Numbered from the whole stretch's first letter, positions 21,715 through 33,626 are shown. The stretch is 62,094 nt of DNA, filler included, from Fonticula-like sp. SCN 57-25 (GCA_001724245.1; 9 parts of 9 records of this genome joined end to end with filler, not necessarily neighbours in it); one strand, 5' to 3'. Notes: a model not told the origin generated them from the letters alone. A program made the numbers and translations.

Positions 21715-24700
21715 ATGATGGCCGCTTCGGCGTACGGTTCGCCCGTGGGAGGGAGTCCCCCAATGTCTCCATCTCCGGGAGGAAACGGCCTTGGCCCAGA
21801 ATCAATTCAGCCTGGCGTCTTGTCGGCCAATTCGTTGCAGGAGATGCAGACGGCGCTGACAACTGCCGCCAACCTTCTCAACAGGACCATGACGAGCGAC
21901 GGCCGCGTCCCTGAGCTAGCGGACTTTTTCAACAGTATGCGCCAGGCGTTCATGCCTTTTCTTTTTTTCCATTTAATGCGTTCATTTACTCACCAGTTTA
22001 ATTCGTTTCCAGGCTCGTGGTCGGCCCAGTACGCGAACAGCGTCGAGCCCACCGCGAACGAGCCGGTGCTCCAGAAGAAGGTGACCGTTGAGCTTCCGAA
22101 AGCCATCTTGGACCAATACGAGTGTATGTACTTTTAAACCTTGTCCGCCAGCGGCTTAGTTGTTTTTTCATTAGATTTGGAGTGCAAGTGCTTCCTGGGA
22201 TTGTTCCCCGAGATCAACCGTGCCTGGCTCACGATCGACAATCGCCTCTTCCTGTGGAACTACGACAACGGGAGCGACTTTCAGTCGTACGATGAGCTTG
22301 ACCAGATTATCGTGAGCGTGGCGCTGGTTCCCCCGCGCGAGGGCATCTTTATTGCCGAGATCAAGCATCTGCTTGTTATTGCGACCCCTGTGGAAACGAT
22401 TCTTCTTGGCGTCTGTGTCGCCGAAGGCCGCCGCGGTGGTCTGGGCGGTGGTGACTTGACTCTCTATCCGACGCAGCTTTACGTGCCGTCGGACAATATT
22501 AATATGCTTTCGATTAAGGGCACGGATAACGGGCGGATTTTTATGTGCGGCCAGGACGGCAACCTGCACGAGCTCGTGTACCAGGCGGAGGACGGCTGGT
22601 TCGTTCGAAAGTGTCGCAAGGTGAACAGGACGCAGGGACGGCTGGCGGCGTTCACCCCGACTTTCCTAAAGTTTGTTGCTGACGGTACGGAAACGGTGGC
22701 AAGCTAAAGTTGCTCACGCGTGTCGACAGATCCCATCATGGCGATAGACATTGACAACTCGCGCAATATTCTCTACACTCTCTCGGAGCACAACGTTATC
22801 CAGGTCTTTTACCTTGGTCGCTCTGGAACCGAGCTGCATCGTGTTGCTGTTCGCAATGATGTTGCTAACGAAGCGAGACGCCAGTCCAACATGCAGTTAG
22901 ACCTGTGCGCGCAGCCTTTTCCCATGGCCAGAGTTTTTCTAACGATCTGTTTCAGCGCCACTTTCCGCATCGTTTCCATTCACGCGGTCACCATGGCAGA
23001 GTCTGCGCAGGTGCACCTCGTCGCTGTGACGTCCAATGGAGCCCGCCTCTACTTTACGACGCGCCGCTCGCCCCGCCTGTTTGGTGGACCGGGTGGGTTC
23101 AATCTTGGTTCGCACGCCAGCCCGTCGTCCCCAGCATCGCAGCAGCGCCCCAATGCAGGCCCCAGCGAGCCCGAGGCTCTCGAGTTGATGCATGTCCGCT
23201 GGGCGCCGTCGCTGTCCTCTGCCCAAAACGCCTCGAACGGGCTCGACCGCCAGATTCCTTCACGAGTGCACACCGCCTTTTACTCGGCCGGAACGCTGAT
23301 CCTCGCGAATGCCGTTTCCGACGAAACAGACCTTCTTATCGGCGTTTCTCAAGATCTGGGAGACTTTGTCAAGGTACGCGCTAATGAATCACCGCGTTCA
23401 TATCACTGACCGCCTCTCAACGAAGCAAACGGGCCGCTCGTCGCTCGTGGAAGTATCGTCCGAGTCGCTCGTGGAGGGCAAGACGTGGGCTATTGCCGAG
23501 CGGACGCCGCAGTCCGTCTCAGCCGCCGTTGCTGGAAGCCGCACCAATCCGCTGGCTGCCCAGCTTTCGCAGCCGCCCCGCCAGTTCCTCTGTCTCACCA
23601 ACACATGTGCGAGCCCTACATCTTTTTTTGTCTTTTCCCACCCCTTCTCACGTCTTGCCGCCAATCAGATATTGCGGTGCTCCAGGAGGTTCGCCCGCTG
23701 GATCACCTGCGCCAGCTGTTGGTAGAGGTGCAGGGCCAGCCTACTCATCAGATTGTAAAGTTCTTCCAGCGCTACACGCCCGACGAGGCATGCTGCATGT
23801 GTCTTGCGCTAGCGTGCAGCACAAGCGCTGGTGCGGGCTCATCCGTCGCGCGCATGCCCGCGTCGTCGTCGATGGGCATGATGCGTGGCGGCGATGAGAA
23901 TGTTGCCCAGTACGCGACGTCCATTTTCTTCCACTATGGCGGCGTCCCGCAGTCGATTCAGCGGACGGACACGTTCGAGAGGGTGTACGGCAGCTCGCTC
24001 GATGCGCGCGAGGTGCAGTACTCGTCCATGCACAACGCCATTGTGCGCTACTTTGCGCGCCTCGTGCGGCCTGTTTGGAAGCTGCCCGTCGTGTCCCTCG
24101 CGGCGTCGCCCGAGGCCGCACAGACCCTCCTGGCGACTGTGTCGGAGCAGCTGACTCGCCTCAAGAATTTCATGATCGCCAACCAGCACATTATGGGCGG
24201 GACGCGCTCGTCGGCGACGGCCGATCACTACCGCACTGACTACAACGCTAGCCTCTTTGGTGCTCAGGCGACGCCGGTCCAGGCCAACGAGGAGGCGCAG
24301 CAGCAGCAGCAGCAGTCGCTCAGGAGCCTCGAGCGCCTCTTGATCCAGACGATCGAGGCACTGTCGTTCCTTTCGACGCTCTACGATCACAACATTTCGG
24401 ACCTGGCCACGCGGGCCTCGAGCGGCACGGTGCCGGCGGGCCCCGCTGGCGCCGTCGTGCCCCTGGTCACTATTAAAAATCTCCAGTTTGAGAACCTCGT
24501 CACGACGACGCAAGGGCGCGATATCGCCAAGGAGCTCGCGGCGGCCCTCCTCAACAAGCAGATCCACCTGGGTGCCAGCGTGCGTCAATCGGTAATTGCG
24601 TTCCGTGTCCTCACCCTCTTTAATACCGATAGGTCGAATCTTTGCTTCAGATCTTCCGGGCGCGCTGCCCCACGATCCTGTCGTCCAACGACCTGACTCT

Positions 24701-26379
24701 TTTCCGTGCGACCGAGGTATTGCAACGCGCCAAGGACGTTGCGGAATCGAACCCGGTCGAGCGCAACAACCTGCTGCAAGAGTCCCTGCGCCTCTTCCAT
24801 ATGGTGGCTGCGCACATTACCCCCGTGAAGCTGCAGACCATCTGCAACGACTACATGTCTATGCGGTTCCACGCCTGTACGGATCACGCTTGTTTATGGT
24901 TGATTCATCGCATTAACGATTTTTTTTAGTTGCCATTGACCTCTGTCTCTTGACCGCGAGCAGCTGCGATCCGACGAACCAAGCGACGCATTTCCACATT
25001 GCCGGTCGCCCAATCAATGACCCCCGCGAGCCCATTTTCCGCCTTCGGTTGGCTCTGTACGAGTGCGCGATCCACGTGCTGGAGGAGGCCGAGGCGCTCT
25101 CGTCTCGGCGGCCCACGTCGGGCACCAACAACACGGACAGCGAAGCCGTTGCTACGTGCGACATGGCGTTCAAGGTGGCCTTTTCCTCGAATGACGCGCT
25201 TTGGCACGAGGTCATGTACCAGTGGATGATTGACGCGGACGAAAAGACTCTGCAGCGACTTTTGGGCGTACGCTGCCTCCCATTGTATCTACATTTGTTT
25301 GCTCATATTTAATTGTCCTCGCAGGCCGAAACGCCCTACGTTGAGGTGTTCCTGTCGACCAAGGCAAATGACGAAAAGGACCCGAACCCCGATCTCCTGG
25401 CCCAGTACTACCTGCGCAACAACCGCTTCCTGGACGCGGCGCAGACGCTGTTCCACGTGGCCAGCATGCCGTGCGCGAGATACAACCTCGCGCGCCGCAT
25501 CGAGTACCTGGCCAAGGCGAAGCTTGCGGCTCGCTCTATCGTGCCGACGTCGGGCACGACCGACACGTCGGACCTGTCGCGCGACATTGACGAGTACATG
25601 GAGGTGGCGGCCATTCAGCAGCAGATCCTGACGCTGCTTGAGCGCCGTCCAGCGACGGACGAGACGCTTTCGGCCACCCGCGCGCTCAACGAGACCATCC
25701 TTAGCGTGACCGACTTGTACGCCAACTACGCGCGCAAGTTCCAGCTGCACGAGACCGCGCTCGCCATCTTCCACTGCAGCCACTTTAACGACATTGCAAA
25801 GATCGAGGATGTCTGGACAAAGATCCTCAACGAGGAGGCGGCCAAGTCGTTCTCGTCGGTGGTGGCCACCGTTCTCCGCATCGGCCGTCAGTACCACCCT
25901 TCCAACTCGGCCTTCCCCGCGGAGAACCTCGTCCACAAGCTGGAGCGGTTCACGTGGCAAAAGTACCGCGACACGGTCGACGGCGGATGGGTGGCGCAGA
26001 CGATGCTCGACGTTGGCGTGCTTCCCGAGACGCTCTACCTGACCTACCAGCGCATGTTCCAGACGCGCGCCTACGATACCTGGGTTCGCGACGAGACGCT
26101 AAGGAAACGCGCGCTCGTCCAGATGCTCCGCTCAATCGCGACCATCCTCGAAAAGTGGTGGGCCACCGTCGCCACCCTTCCCGCCCAGTCGCTGAGGAGG
26201 TGCGCTTCCTAGCATTCCCTTGTTGTTTCATCAACTAACCCGAGAGTAGGCCGGCCGCTGAAATTGAAAAGGCCATCGATAGCAATCTGGTCGCCCTCGG
26301 CCAGTACTCCACCGAGCCTGGCGCGGCTGCTGTCGAGGAACGCCTGCGCGTGCTGCAAACGCGCGTTCGCCAGCGCTGA
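21715..26379 (+). CDS. NUP155: Nucleoporin Nup155/Nup170, multi-exon
   Basis: GLFPEINRAWLTIDNRLFLWNY, GRIFMCGQDGNLHELVYQAEDGWF..KCRKVN, EACCMCLAL, DLLAQYY, LARRIEYLAKA, DLYANYA. Confidence 0.95.
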
Positions 26380-26718
26380 GCCCCATTTGCATAAGATTTA
26401 TTTTTATGATACATACACTGAAATACAAAAGGCTTTTCCCTTGTGTTTCTTGTTTTTTACTTTTTATTGAGTACACAAGGTGGTCAACTACGATTTCATT
26501 GCACCTTTCCCGCCATTTTACGGCACCTGTCAATTGGACCACGGGGGACGACATTCTTTCCTCTTTTAATGCATATCCTTGTTTTCCACCGTTGCACCTT
26601 CATTCCATTTCTATACAGTGCTGTCCCTTTGGTCTCGCTCGGTCCGCGGCTGCATGTTACCATCTTAACACACACGCCTCGAGTTTCCCGCCAAAATCCT
26701 AGATTGTTCACCCTCACG

Positions 26719-27046
26719 ATGGCCCACGGGCGGCCGCTGCTGACGCTCTTGGTGGACAACTATGATTCTTATACGTATAATCTCTACCAGATGCTGGCTG
26801 TTATCAACGGTGTCGAGCCATTAGTGATTCACAATGACAGTCTTACCGAGTACGTAACATTTGTTTTCATGCGCGTGCCACTCACGGCCAGCCATCAGGG
26901 ACGAGGTGCTTGATCTGCTTCGTCATGTCGACAACGTGGTAATATCGCCCGGTCCAGGCCGCCCTGACCGTTCCTCCGACTTTGGCGTATGCACCGCTCT
27001 ACTGCGACAGACGCAAGTGCCTGTGCTCGGTGTGTGTCTGGGGCAT
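26719..27046 (+). CDS. ABZ1: Aminodeoxychorismate (PABA) synthase, glutamine amidotransferase domain, 3' truncated
   Basis: [39 protein letters not shown]. Confidence 0.85.
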
Positions 27047-27146
27047 NNNNNNNNNNNNNNNNNNNNNNNNNNNNNNNNNNNNNNNNNNNNTTAATTAATT
27101 AANNNNNNNNNNNNNNNNNNNNNNNNNNNNNNNNNNNNNNNNNNNN

Positions 27147-27254
27147 CTCAGCAAGGAGACGACCGACACGATGCTCGACGGGCTCCGCAGGATCAGGGAT
27201 CAGCTGCAGGGCGTCACGGCCGCGGCCCAGACGCAGGCGCAGCAGGCCGCGTAA
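27147..27254 (+). CDS. COMMD9: COMM-domain protein C-terminus (COMMD9-like)
   Basis: LSKETTDTMLDGLRRIRDQL resembles the COMMD9 C-terminus (LSKETLDTMLDGLGRIRDQL). Only 35 codons are visible. Confidence 0.7.
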   Translation, partial: LSKETTDTMLDGLRRIRDQLQGVTAAAQTQAQQAA

Positions 27255-27999
27255 AGTGTATCACAATAGAGTCTGAGTTTGAATTTGATATTTAGTCTGG
27301 GAATATGGGGATAGTCGGGGGTGATTGCCCACTGTCAATTTAGCGAGATGCAGTGGAACGGAGATGCGGATGTCGTCTAAATCCATTGCCATTGATCCAA
27401 TCACGATGCGATACCAAATACATCAAAGAGCATGATAATTGTCGCGCGAGCAAGAGTCGCTACGTCTGGCTTCATCTCTTGCTAGCCATAATAATCCATA
27501 CAAAAGTACTGTCTTAAGTTATGGAAAGAGCGCAAACTATGGATAGTACAGTACGATACGGACTTGAAGCTTGGTCGTCAATCACGTGACCACTTTGCAG
27601 GACCATATTGCAGTTTGCACTCGGTGAGGGTTGGAGTTGGCAATTGCATCTCTCCAGCAGCAGCGTTTTACGAGGATTCGAGGAAAGCAGAAAAGTGGTT
27701 GACGCAATGGCGCTTCGGTTAGTCAAAAAGGCGGTTATAGAACTGCCTCTGGATAATCTTTGGTTAGGGGTTCGTCGCCATTCTGCGATGTGCTGCTGTC
27801 CTGATGCTGATGCCTCTCGCGTTTTCAAAAGGGAGTTTGTTGTGCGATTTCCCCCGATGGTACTTTGGTGGCAACTGGCACTTGGCACAACGATTCTCTT
27901 TGCATCATCAATATTGCCAAGCAGGAAACGGTGCACACTGTCAACTGTGGCTCTGTTCGTACTGAATCGTCTTCCACCTTGCCGGTCTGACTTCATGTT

Positions 28000-29856
28000 A
28001 ATTAAAGGTCGGTGCTGTTGCGTGGTCGCCCGACGGAACGCGTCTTACCGCCGTGACTTATAAAGGCGCTGTGATCCAAGTCAAAGACAACTATTCAGAC
28101 TACTCTATTGCATGCAATAATTATAGATACGGAATCGTGCGCATTATGTTTGCCGGCCTTTGTTTGCTCACCCCTTGGTCTAGTTGGTTGCATGTGCGTT
28201 CAGTCCTCGCGGGATCCTCGCCATTGGTGGGAACGAACACAATGTGATGCTCGTGGATCCATACAACCACTATACTCTTATTCAAACATTGACTGGTTTG
28301 GATCGTTCTGTGCGTTAGCAAATGAATATTAATTTGCGTTGCCTCATTATTGAGTATGCAGATTATTTGTCTTACCTTTTCCCACGATGGGAATATTCTT
28401 GCCGCGGGATGTGCTAATGGCCACATATACATTTACAAACTGACTGATGGCAAGTGGGCGCAATTAACTGATATGACGTATGGACACTATGATAAATATG
28501 CTGTAAGATTCTTTCTTTACTTGTCTTCATATTCTCGTTGCTAACCCTTCCTAGATCAATTCGCTCTGCTTCAGTCCTTCGGGCCGCAGACTATTGGCCA
28601 GATCTGCCAATTGGGATGCTGTCATTTACAATATTCCATTAGCAGGTACCACATGGCCATCCACTCCTAACGTGACACTGTATGGATATGAACACACGGT
28701 CGGCGGTGCCTTTCTTTGGGACGAGTCGCACGTCATTGCTGGGTGCGGTCGATCGCTCCGCGTTTGGCGCATTTCTGATGGAGTGGAAACTGCAAACTAC
28801 GACTGTGATGGTTGGGTGCGTCACTCACTTGCTTATTTATAGTACTTACTGTTGATGCTATGCAGGTGCATTCGTTGTCATACCATGCGGCGTCTGGCAC
28901 CGTTGCTGTTGGTCTTGATCGTTGTCAAGTTATAATATGGCAAACGTCTCTTCATATTTCACCATCTGCCGCCCTGCAATGTGCCAAGTCCGCTCACGTG
29001 TGCGCTCGCGAGCGGCTGGCGGAGGCGCAGGCACAAGTCAAGGATATTGAAGCATCGCTTGAAAAGGCAGACAGTGGATTGCGTCAGCAAATGTCGCGTG
29101 AGCAGGAACTGAAGCTCCTCATTGCCGAGCCCGAGGCCAAATGTGCGCACATATTCTGGTGTACATTTGCCTCTCGTATTGAATTGTTAATGTTTAGCGG
29201 CGAGTGAGAAGGAACTAGAGGAACTGCAAACTCCCGATTACATAGCACAATCAAGTGATATTACTAAGCTAATCGCGCGCCAGAATGAACTACTTGGCAT
29301 CATTCATGGTTACACGCAGACACTTGACAGCTTGACAGATTGCCTCTCTGTTACCGGATTGGACGATCTGCGCGGAGAGACCTTTCGCGAATGGCTCTGT
29401 GACATTGGCCTTGGCAAACTGCAAACTGCACTAAAGGACTTTGATGGGCGCACGCTGACGAGGATTCTAACTGTGAGTGACATCGTCGATTATGACGTCT
29501 CATTCAATGATGCTGCCACTCTCCAACTGCGCGGCTACATTGCGCACTACAAGCTGAGCGATGACCGTACATTTAACCCACCGAGCGACAGTGTTTTGTC
29601 ATGGGATCGAGTGCAAACTGAAAACTGGATCATGACGCATTGGGCGCCTTGTAATTATTGTCTTGCCTCTGCTGGCTGGCATGGCGCTGCGCTGTGCTCG
29701 CTTTCGCCATCTCGCGTGGTCGAGACAACTCGGGGCATGCTCAAGACACCTGACGCCGTCAAGTTCATTGGGCTGGTGCGTCAAATGCGGAGCGAAAGGG
29801 ACGGCGACAAGGACGAGTGGGTGGCAAAGTGGAGCGGACTAAACCTCATCGCGTGA
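28000..29856 (+). CDS. WD40 repeats + coiled coil + two SAM-like domains, multi-exon (start uncertain)
   Basis: WD exons (CAFSPRGILAIGG, CLTFSHDGNILAAGCANGHIYIY, SLCFSPSG, SLRVWRI), coiled coil, then EWLCDIGLGKL...DFDGRTL and LSWDRVQTENWI...GWHGAALCSL. Confidence 0.7.
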
Positions 29857-29912
29857 TAAGGGCCGCTAAAGTTTGACATATCCGCTGTTCTCTATCGGTG
29901 GTGTTTTTCTCT

Positions 29913-30250
29913 ATTCAATGATTTTTTTGTCTTTTTGCTCGCGCATTTTCAATGCAGCCGTCCGTCCCTTCCATGCGCGAAAACAGAGATTTGGCGGGAA
30001 ATCAAGCGGGAGGGAAATTGGCGGGAAATCATTGATGATGGGGTCGCTCGACGATCGCTGACTGTAGATGATGCTGCCAATGAATTGACTGGAGCCGTAA
30101 AGGCTGTAAAGGCGCGCCAGCGCGTACGTCCCTCTTACACTTGCTCATCAGAATTGGTGCCCCGCGATCATGCGATGATGCAATAGCAATGTGCCAGAGA
30201 AAGACGTCCGTGATTTGTAAATTTGTGCCGTCCAATCAACTGGCGTCTTC
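29913..30250 (+). repeat. Conserved inter-gene spacer, copy 1 (contains two TTGGCGGGAAA)
   Basis: Near-identical to 31359-31677 with small indels; its first ~60 bp recur at ~33372-33425. Confidence 0.92.
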
Positions 30251-30482
30251 GACATGAAGAGCTGGCGGCGCGGCGCTAAAGAACGGGTCAAAAAGTGGGC
30301 GGCGCGCCAGCGAGGGATTGTGGATGACGTTGACAAGGTGGGAGAGGTGGAGTGGAAGCTGGTGGAAATAAATGGTGAACGAATTGAATTGATGATTCTT
30401 TGAATAATGGACCAAGAATAGTGCTGTCACCATCAGGTCACCAATATTGTGTAACTGTCTGCAGGGTCATCATCCGCGCGCG

Positions 30483-31167
30483 ATGGGCAACTCGTCCAGC
30501 ATTCACCGAGGTCTGACCGGGATCAATATTGAACATGCGCAGGCTTTTGCCAAAAAGCTCGTCGCCGAGTGGGACGACTTTGTAAGCGCTGTTCTTAAGG
30601 CCAAAAAAACCCAAGATTCGGCGCCGCTGGCGGCCTCGCCACGCGTCTCTTCGCCCCCGCCCGCCAGCTCGCCATCCTCGTCGCCACTGGCAACGGCTCG
30701 CGAGGAAGAGTCTGCCGCAGCAGTAGCCTTGGTGAGGTACGCAAAAGCGATAGCTCGCGACGAAACTGCCGACGGCGCGATCAAGGACATCAGCGAACAG
30801 CTATGCGTTGCCCACCTATTCCTTATCAACCAGTTCAGCATGGACTATGTTGACCGCCTCAAGCTACTCAAGATGTATCTGCAAGACAATTTTGTCGTAC
30901 GTTAGCGTACCGTTTTCACTGAATTGAACACTTAATTATTCTCAGGAACACCTTTCTCAAGCGTTCTTCCTCGTGAACACGCTTGTCCACCAGTGCGGTC
31001 TGGCTGACCATGTGCATCTAGCAATGTTTTTTGATATGAACGTGCTTGAACTCGTCAAGCACACCGAGTTGGTATGGCACGACTACCACCGCATCAAGCA
31101 TATCTTGCCTGCCATGAACATCATCAAACAAGGCCTAGACGATTACAAAGAGAGCAAGAGTATCTAG
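30483..31167 (+). CDS. Hypothetical protein with an N-myristoylation-like start (MGNSSS), two exons
   Basis: Intron 30897-30945 (gtacgt...ctcag) joins LQDNFV to EHLSQAFFLVNTL in frame. Confidence 0.65.
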
Positions 31168-31258
31168 CTCCTTTGCATTGCTTTAACTAGTCTCCCTTAT
31201 ATAAAATCTCTTGACCAAACTATCGAATGCGTACATTGAGGACAATATGGAGTAAATG

Positions 31259-31358
31259 GGACGATTGGGTGGCAATATGGAGCGGGGCGCACACAATTGA
31301 GATTCAAGGCATGCAGTGTCAGTTCTCTTGTGCACACTCCTATTGTTCTTGTTTATCG
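31259..31358 (+). pseudogene. Short remnant of the SAM-gene 3' end
   Basis: ggacgattgggtggcaatatggagcgg (DDWVAIWSG) vs 29811 ggacgagtgggtggcaaagtggagcgg (DEWVAKWSG). Confidence 0.75.
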
Positions 31359-31677
31359 ATTCAATGTATTTTTGTCTTTTTGCTCGCGCATTTTCAATGC
31401 AGCCGTCCCTTCCATGCGCGAAAACAGAGATTTGGCGGGAAATCAAGCGGGAGAGAAATTGGCGGGAAATCGTTGATGATGGGGATCGCGGATCGTAGAT
31501 GATGCTGCCAATAAAATGACTGGAGAAGTCAAGGCTGTAAAGGCGCGCCAGTGCGTACGTCCCTTTTACACTTGTTTATTAGAATTGGTGCCCCGCGATC
31601 ATGCGATGCAATAGCTGGGTGCCGGAGAAAGACGTCCGTGATTTGTAAATTTGTGCCGTCCAATCAACTGGCGTCTT
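31359..31677 (+). repeat. Conserved inter-gene spacer, copy 2 (contains two TTGGCGGGAAA)
   Basis: Aligns with 29913-30250. Confidence 0.92.
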
Positions 31678-31705
31678 GACTTTATAGGCATGCTGACAGA
31701 ATCTG

Positions 31706-32992
31706 ATGCACTCGCGGAGGGATAGCGATGAAGGGAACGGTGCCGCCGACCGAGTGAGAGATGCGCTCGATGTAGACAATGAGAAATCGGAGGAGAATAC
31801 GAACGGTAAGTTGGTGACTTCCCTGGTCGCGGCTGGCCTTGGTCTCGCCTTTCTGTCGTGGCGGTACGGTCCTGGTGCTCGTCGAGCACGCATGCAGCAC
31901 GCGTTCGAGTCTGGCGGATCCAACCTCTCCGGTCACGCCACAACTGACTCGCAGAGCACACTTGTTAAGCGCGATACTCTTGTAAAGCAACTTCGTTCCC
32001 TTTTTGCTGATTGGCGTTCGCCCCTCTATAAAGTGGTCATTGGCGAAGCGGGGACTGGAAAGTCGGTGGCTGTGAGACAGGCTCTTTTGCTGGACCGTTT
32101 TGGCAAAGGCGGTGCCAAGGGCACCCTGTATTTTTTAGCACCTACATCTTTGAATGGTTTTCCGCGCGCATTCGCCAGCGTCTCCGGTTATGCTGGCACG
32201 TATGTGAATATCTTGGGCTCGCTTCTTGCATTGTTTAACATGGCAGAGAAACCCAATGGCGCTCAGTTTCCCGCCAAGTACATGGACGCCTGGGAAGCCT
32301 TTGAACCTGCTTTAAATGAAGCTGCCGCAGCGTTTGAACGGAAGCACCACATTCGACCGACGCTTGTGATCGATGCTGCGGACATCATCGCTAAACAAGA
32401 TCCAGCGTTTTTCCGTGTACTGCAGGGCGTAGCTAAGGCCGGCGGAGACAAGACGCGCAAATTCAATCTTGCGTTTGTTTTAAATGAGGGCGCTGCCCTT
32501 TCATTGCTTGAAGACAATGGTATAAAGTCGCGCATGAGTCGCCCATTTGAAGTTGGAGATATCTCTGATGCTGAGGCAGCCGTCTTCCTCGTTGGCCGGT
32601 ATGGTGTCGCGCGTGAAGTGGCAGACACAATCGTTGCATCTTATACGGGCGGTCGCTTTGCGCTTCTTAACTCCGTGGGTGATGATATGAAACGTGGGAT
32701 TTCCTTTGAGGAGATCTGCAAGGTGGCACACAAGGCATTGGACAAGAATCTCACTGACCTCGGCATCGATGTTGATCATGAGCTGTTCAAGCTCCTGGTA
32801 AAAGACAAGCGCTACGACACGAACGAGGCGCGTAAGCTCAAGGGCATGAGCGCTAATATACTTGATCAACTAGTCAAGCACAACATTCTAGCACTACACC
32901 CGAACGAGACCTACACCTTCCAATCTCGCTACGTGGAGACCTTTTTTGCTCGCAGCATTTCTCCCCCTTCTCCCCCTTCTCCCGCTTCGTAA
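31706..32992 (+). CDS. P-loop ATPase (archaeal-ATPase/STAND-like) with an N-terminal hydrophobic helix, intronless
   Basis: Walker A GEAGTGKS, Walker B PTLVIDAAD, FEVGDISDAEA, YTGGRF; TM-like LVTSLVAAGLGLAFLSW. Confidence 0.8.
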   Translation: MHSRRDSDEGNGAADRVRDALDVDNEKSEENTNGKLVTSLVAAGLGLAFLSWRYGPGARRARMQHAFESGGSNLSGHATTDSQSTLVKRDTLVKQLRSLFADWRSPLYKVVIGEAGTGKSVAVRQALLLDRFGKGGAKGTLYFLAPTSLNGFPRAFASVSGYAGTYVNILGSLLALFNMAEKPNGAQFPAKYMDAWEAFEPALNEAAAAFERKHHIRPTLVIDAADIIAKQDPAFFRVLQGVAKAGGDKTRKFNLAFVLNEGAALSLLEDNGIKSRMSRPFEVGDISDAEAAVFLVGRYGVAREVADTIVASYTGGRFALLNSVGDDMKRGISFEEICKVAHKALDKNLTDLGIDVDHELFKLLVKDKRYDTNEARKLKGMSANILDQLVKHNILALHPNETYTFQSRYVETFFARSISPPSPPSPAS

Positions 32993-33042
32993 CTCTAGCA
33001 TTTTCTTTAAATGTGTAGCCGCGCACATGAATGCATTGTTAT

Positions 33043-33425
33043 TGATGGGCAAACGCTGATGATGCGTAATGTGGATGAGATCGTCGACTTTGGCGTGACA
33101 TATCCTGATGCTGCCGACCTCCAGCTGCGCATTGTGCACTACAAGCTGAGCGATGACCGCGCATTTGACCCACCGAGTGACAGTGTGCTCTTATGAAATG
33201 ATACGCGTACTGCAAACTCACATAGTTTCTCAATCTTGTGAGGGCAAAGCGAGGCCAAGAGACGGCGATAAGGACGATTGGGTGGCAAACTGGAGCGGGC
33301 GGCACACAATTGAGATTTTAGGGCATGTAGTGTCGCTTCTCTTGTACACACTCCTATAGTTCTTGTTTATCTATTCAATATTTCTTGTCTTTTTGCTCGC
33401 GCGCCTCAATGCAGCCGTTCTTTCC
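33043..33425 (+). pseudogene. Degenerate, internally deleted copy of the SAM-domain 3' end plus the start of the spacer
   Basis: DGQTLMMRNVDEIVDFGVTYPDAADLQLR.VHYKLSDDRAFDPPSDSVL* and RDGDKDDWVANWSG parallel the 29440-29856 protein; it has a premature stop. Confidence 0.85.
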
Positions 33426-33626
33426 AGGGAAAAGTTAAGTGTCATCGATGACACATAGCGTTAAGTGTCATCGAATCACGTGATCATATGGAATGACTGC
33501 GCATAATCCGGGTTTTTTCCGGATNNNNNNNNNNNNNNNNNNNNNNNNNNNNNNNNNNNNNNNNNNNNTTAATTAATTAANNNNNNNNNNNNNNNNNNNN
33601 NNNNNNNNNNNNNNNNNNNNNNNNCG

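Noticed and set aside
27514-28063. ORFs 27514-27996 (-) and 27608-28063 (+) as genes
   Set aside because: No recognisable motifs; probably upstream sequence or exons of the WD40 gene that I cannot resolve.
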